In this document: positions 61,308 through 64,000 of the stretch, one piece after another
How positions within the stretch are numbered: position 1 is the stretch's first letter
Layout: every line of letters begins with the position of its first letter
Source of the DNA: Patescibacteria group bacterium
Lineage (GTDB): Bacteria; Patescibacteriota; Patescibacteriia; JAXHNJ01
NCBI GenBank assembly: GCA_034520665.1
Contig: JAXHNJ010000001.1
Location: 2,579-66,578, forward strand
Direction: 5' to 3'
Length of the DNA: 64,000 nucleotides
Made by a program: the position numbers and the translations under genes
Notes under the pieces: generated by a model
The model's input: only the letters and a program-made list of their open reading frames with translations
Told to the model about the DNA's origin: nothing
Database searches by the model: none

Positions 61308-61388
61308 CCGCCAGCCGTTTTTTTGGGGAAATAACTTCAGTAGACCGCCAGCCGTTTTTTTGGGGAAATAACTTCAGCACACCGCCAG
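61308..61388. repeat. 37-bp tandem repeat, 2.2 copies
   Basis: CCGCCAGCCGTTTTTTTGGGGAAATAACTTCAG-N4 at 61308 and 61345, partial at 61382. Confidence 0.85.
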
Positions 61389-61423
61389 TGGCCTTAGACT
61401 TAAATGTTATTAGCTTAAGCTAA

Positions 61424-62533
61424 TTATTTAATTTCTTTTAAGCTGTAGTCTAGTAAATTATCTTTATCTTTAAAATAAAATACTCCTTTTAAGTTTTTAC
61501 CTTTTAAAAATAAAGGCAGCCAAAATTTATCATCCGGCCACATTTTTTTATAAGGTATTTTGTCAAAATCAAACCACTTTGGTTTCATTTCTTCAGTTTC
61601 TTTTGGTTTGCCCTGAAATTCTGGACAATCAAACAAATGAACATGTAATATTTCCGGATTATTTTCAAATTCAAATATGAATAAGCCTCTTTGATTTATT
61701 TTTTTTGGGAAAATTTCACATTCCTCTTTTATTTCTCTAATTAGAGATGATCGGATATTTTCTCCTGGTTTAAGTTTGCCGCCAAAACCGTTCCAACGAC
61801 CCTGACCAAAGCCTCTTTTTTTCATACCCAACAGTATTTTATTATTTTTTATAATTGGACAAAGAGTTAAGTCCATTTTTCTTTTTTGATATTCTTTTTT
61901 AAAGGCGGTTAAAGTGTATGAATTTTTTTTGATAAATTTACCCACTCTGGTTCTTTCTAATTTATATAACACTCCGCCAGTATCTAATATTTCTCCTAGG
62001 TCTCGAGCTAATGATCGAATATAAACTCCGGGACCGGTAATAATTTTTAAATCTAAAAAAGGCCATTTATAGTTAATTAATTTTATATTTTTAATATTAA
62101 CCAGTCTTTTTTTTATGGGAGGTTTTTTGCCTTGAAGGGAAATCTTATAGGCTCTTTGTCCTTTTATTTTAATAGCTGAAAAATCAGGCGGTTTTTGTTT
62201 TATATTGCCTTTAAAGTTTTTGAGCGCTTTTTTTACATCCTTAATATCAGGCTTAGGAATATTTTTAAGTTTTTTAATTTGGCCGGTTTTGTCGTCAGTA
62301 TTACTTTTTTCGCCTAATTTTATTTGGGCTAGGTATTCTTTTTCTTCTAGGTTATTTGACCATATTTTTTTTACAGCCCAGCGCCCAATGCCAACCACTA
62401 AAATACCGCTGGCCATCGGGTCTAAAGTACCGGCGTGGCCAATAGTTTTTATTTGGGTAATTTTTCTCAGCTCATTAATAATTTGGTGAGAGCTGGGGCC
62501 TTTGGGCTTATAAATAGAATGTATACCTTGCAT
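61424..62533 (-). CDS. truB: tRNA pseudouridine-55 synthase TruB fused to an MTH1-like Nudix hydrolase
   Basis: GHAGTLDPMASG, PPDFSAIKIKG and GVYIRSLARDLG, then LLGMKKRGFGQGRWNGFGGK..REIKEE..MWPDD. Confidence 0.88.
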   Translation of the reverse strand: MQGIHSIYKPKGPSSHQIINELRKITQIKTIGHAGTLDPMASGILVVGIGRWAVKKIWSNNLEEKEYLAQIKLGEKSNTDDKTGQIKKLKNIPKPDIKDVKKALKNFKGNIKQKPPDFSAIKIKGQRAYKISLQGKKPPIKKRLVNIKNIKLINYKWPFLDLKIITGPGVYIRSLARDLGEILDTGGVLYKLERTRVGKFIKKNSYTLTAFKKEYQKRKMDLTLCPIIKNNKILLGMKKRGFGQGRWNGFGGKLKPGENIRSSLIREIKEECEIFPKKINQRGLFIFEFENNPEILHVHLFDCPEFQGKPKETEEMKPKWFDFDKIPYKKMWPDDKFWLPLFLKGKNLKGVFYFKDKDNLLDYSLKEIK

Positions 62534-62543
62534 ATATCAATTT

Positions 62544-63749
62544 TTAATTCCGCCCCCAAATAGCGTCTAAAATTTTCATGCGGGTGACCATAAAAACGGG
62601 AATCAAACCCGAGCCAATGGCTACCAAAATAATAGTTTCCAGACGGAAAATATAATCAGCCGGATTAACCACTAAAGTCGCGTCACCGATTGGTAATTCA
62701 AAAGGAAAGGCCTTAAAATAGGGGACCAAAATGCCAAAAAATAGAGCCGTGCCCAAAAGTACACCTGAGACCGAATAAATGGAAGTTTGGATGACATAGG
62801 CACTGCGGATAATATAAGGCTTAATACCGATGGCCCTTAAAATGCCAATTTGCCTTTTTTTATTAGTAATATCAATATAGATAACAATAAATATAGTGAC
62901 AGCCGCGATGAGAGTGCCGACAAGGGTCAGTAAAATATTAATACTGAGAAAACTGCTGGTGACGGTATCCATCAAACCGGAAACATTTTCCCAGGTAAGA
63001 AAATTTTCATTAATACCTTTTTCTTTCATTTTACTGATAGCTGTTTGGCCGTCGCGTTTATCCAGCCGAACAATAATAGAGGTCGCTTTATTATCGGCCT
63101 CGGGGTTTAGCTCTTGCCAGGCTTTTTTAGTAATAAAGGCTCTCTGGTCAGTGTTAATAAATTTAGTGTAAAATATACCCTGAATTTCAAATTCTTTAGT
63201 AATCTCTCCTAAGTTAAGAGTAACTTTTTCCCCGACTGAAACGCCTTTAAAAGAAAAGGCATTCATTTCTACCTCTTCGCCGCCGGCAATTTGGCGTCCG
63301 ATTATAATTTTATCAGTATCATGACTGTTAAGATATTCTCCGCTGATCATTTTTTCATGAACATTAGTCACTGTTTTTTCCTTTTCTGGGTCAATAGCTA
63401 AAATTGTCCAGTTGCCTTTAATACCTTTATACTCCAGACTGCCCGGAATAGAAATTTGATCAGAAACACCGGCGATATTTTCAATTTCGTTAATTATTTT
63501 AGTTTTATGCTCAGCTTCTTCAATATAATCCGAGCCAATTTTAGGCGTAATCATAATATGGCCGGTGTAGGTATTGATAATCTGGTCTTCGGAAGACTTG
63601 ATAATCCCGTTAAAGAGTGAAGTAACAAAAACTAAGTTGATAAAAGCAATAGCCATTAAAAAAATGATCAGAAACAAAGTCCATTTGTTGCCTCGATGCA
63701 AATATTTCCACATTAGAAAAAAAGGAATTCTGGTCTCAAACTTTTTCAT
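62544..63749 (-). CDS. ABC transporter permease (MacB/LolE/FtsX type)
   Basis: Large extracytoplasmic loop, [10 protein letters not shown] and C-terminal TM helices. Confidence 0.9.
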   Translation of the reverse strand: MKKFETRIPFFLMWKYLHRGNKWTLFLIIFLMAIAFINLVFVTSLFNGIIKSSEDQIINTYTGHIMITPKIGSDYIEEAEHKTKIINEIENIAGVSDQISIPGSLEYKGIKGNWTILAIDPEKEKTVTNVHEKMISGEYLNSHDTDKIIIGRQIAGGEEVEMNAFSFKGVSVGEKVTLNLGEITKEFEIQGIFYTKFINTDQRAFITKKAWQELNPEADNKATSIIVRLDKRDGQTAISKMKEKGINENFLTWENVSGLMDTVTSSFLSINILLTLVGTLIAAVTIFIVIYIDITNKKRQIGILRAIGIKPYIIRSAYVIQTSIYSVSGVLLGTALFFGILVPYFKAFPFELPIGDATLVVNPADYIFRLETIILVAIGSGLIPVFMVTRMKILDAIWGRN

Positions 63750-64000
63750 ACCATCCTCCCGTCTTTTAGTTTAATAATACGGTTGGCGTATTTTTCTTCA
63801 TCCGCTTCATGGGTAATCATGACAATGGTGTGATTTTCTTGTTCGTCCAGGTATTTGAAAATTTCTAAAACTTCATGGCCGGCTGTGGTGTCCAGGTTGG
63901 CTGTTGGTTCATCAGCAAAAATAATTTCCGGGTTATTAACTAAAGCCCGGGCAATAGCCACTTTTTGCTGCTCGCCGCCGGATAATTGACTAGGCAGATT
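63746..64000 (-). CDS. ABC transporter ATP-binding protein (LolD/MacB type), 3' part only
   Basis: [25 protein letters not shown] and MITH; runs off the window edge. Confidence 0.93.
   Translation of the reverse strand, partial: NLPSQLSGGEQQKVAIARALVNNPEIIFADEPTANLDTTAGHEVLEIFKYLDEQENHTIVMITHEADEEKYANRIIKLKDGRMV

Overview
Low-GC bacterial chromosome segment, most likely Patescibacteria/CPR (Parcubacteria-like). This is inferred from the gene set: a full type IV pilus operon, VirB2-like Cys-rich pilins, stand-alone receiver proteins and tRNA-Arg(GCG). Bases 1-24587 are one giant inverted repeat folded at an 8-nt loop (12291-12298), so recG, dsbA, the pilin-like genes and tRNA-Arg all appear twice. 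This may be a fold-back artefact or a real inverted duplication. The unique part holds a tRNA-Ser-linked accessory region, comF, clpC, htpX/lemA split by a four-helix-bundle gene, and two giant surface proteins. The accessory region contains a 1273-aa B12-radical-SAM/PLP-enzyme fusion, a broken XRE regulator and three unannotated GIY-YIG nuclease relics. Further along are the pilMNO-pilB-pilT-pilC-pilin-pilD operon, ligA, gatCA, ndk, a TruB-Nudix fusion and an ABC transporter. A 1.3-kb multi-family REP/RAYT relic cluster sits inside the pilus operon. The best candidates for new biology are the tRNA-3'-anchored hairpin+GIY-YIG module, the radical-SAM/PLP fusion, the cassette-like VirB2-type pilin locus and the REP cluster. 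All family assignments come from motif recognition by eye; no database search was run.
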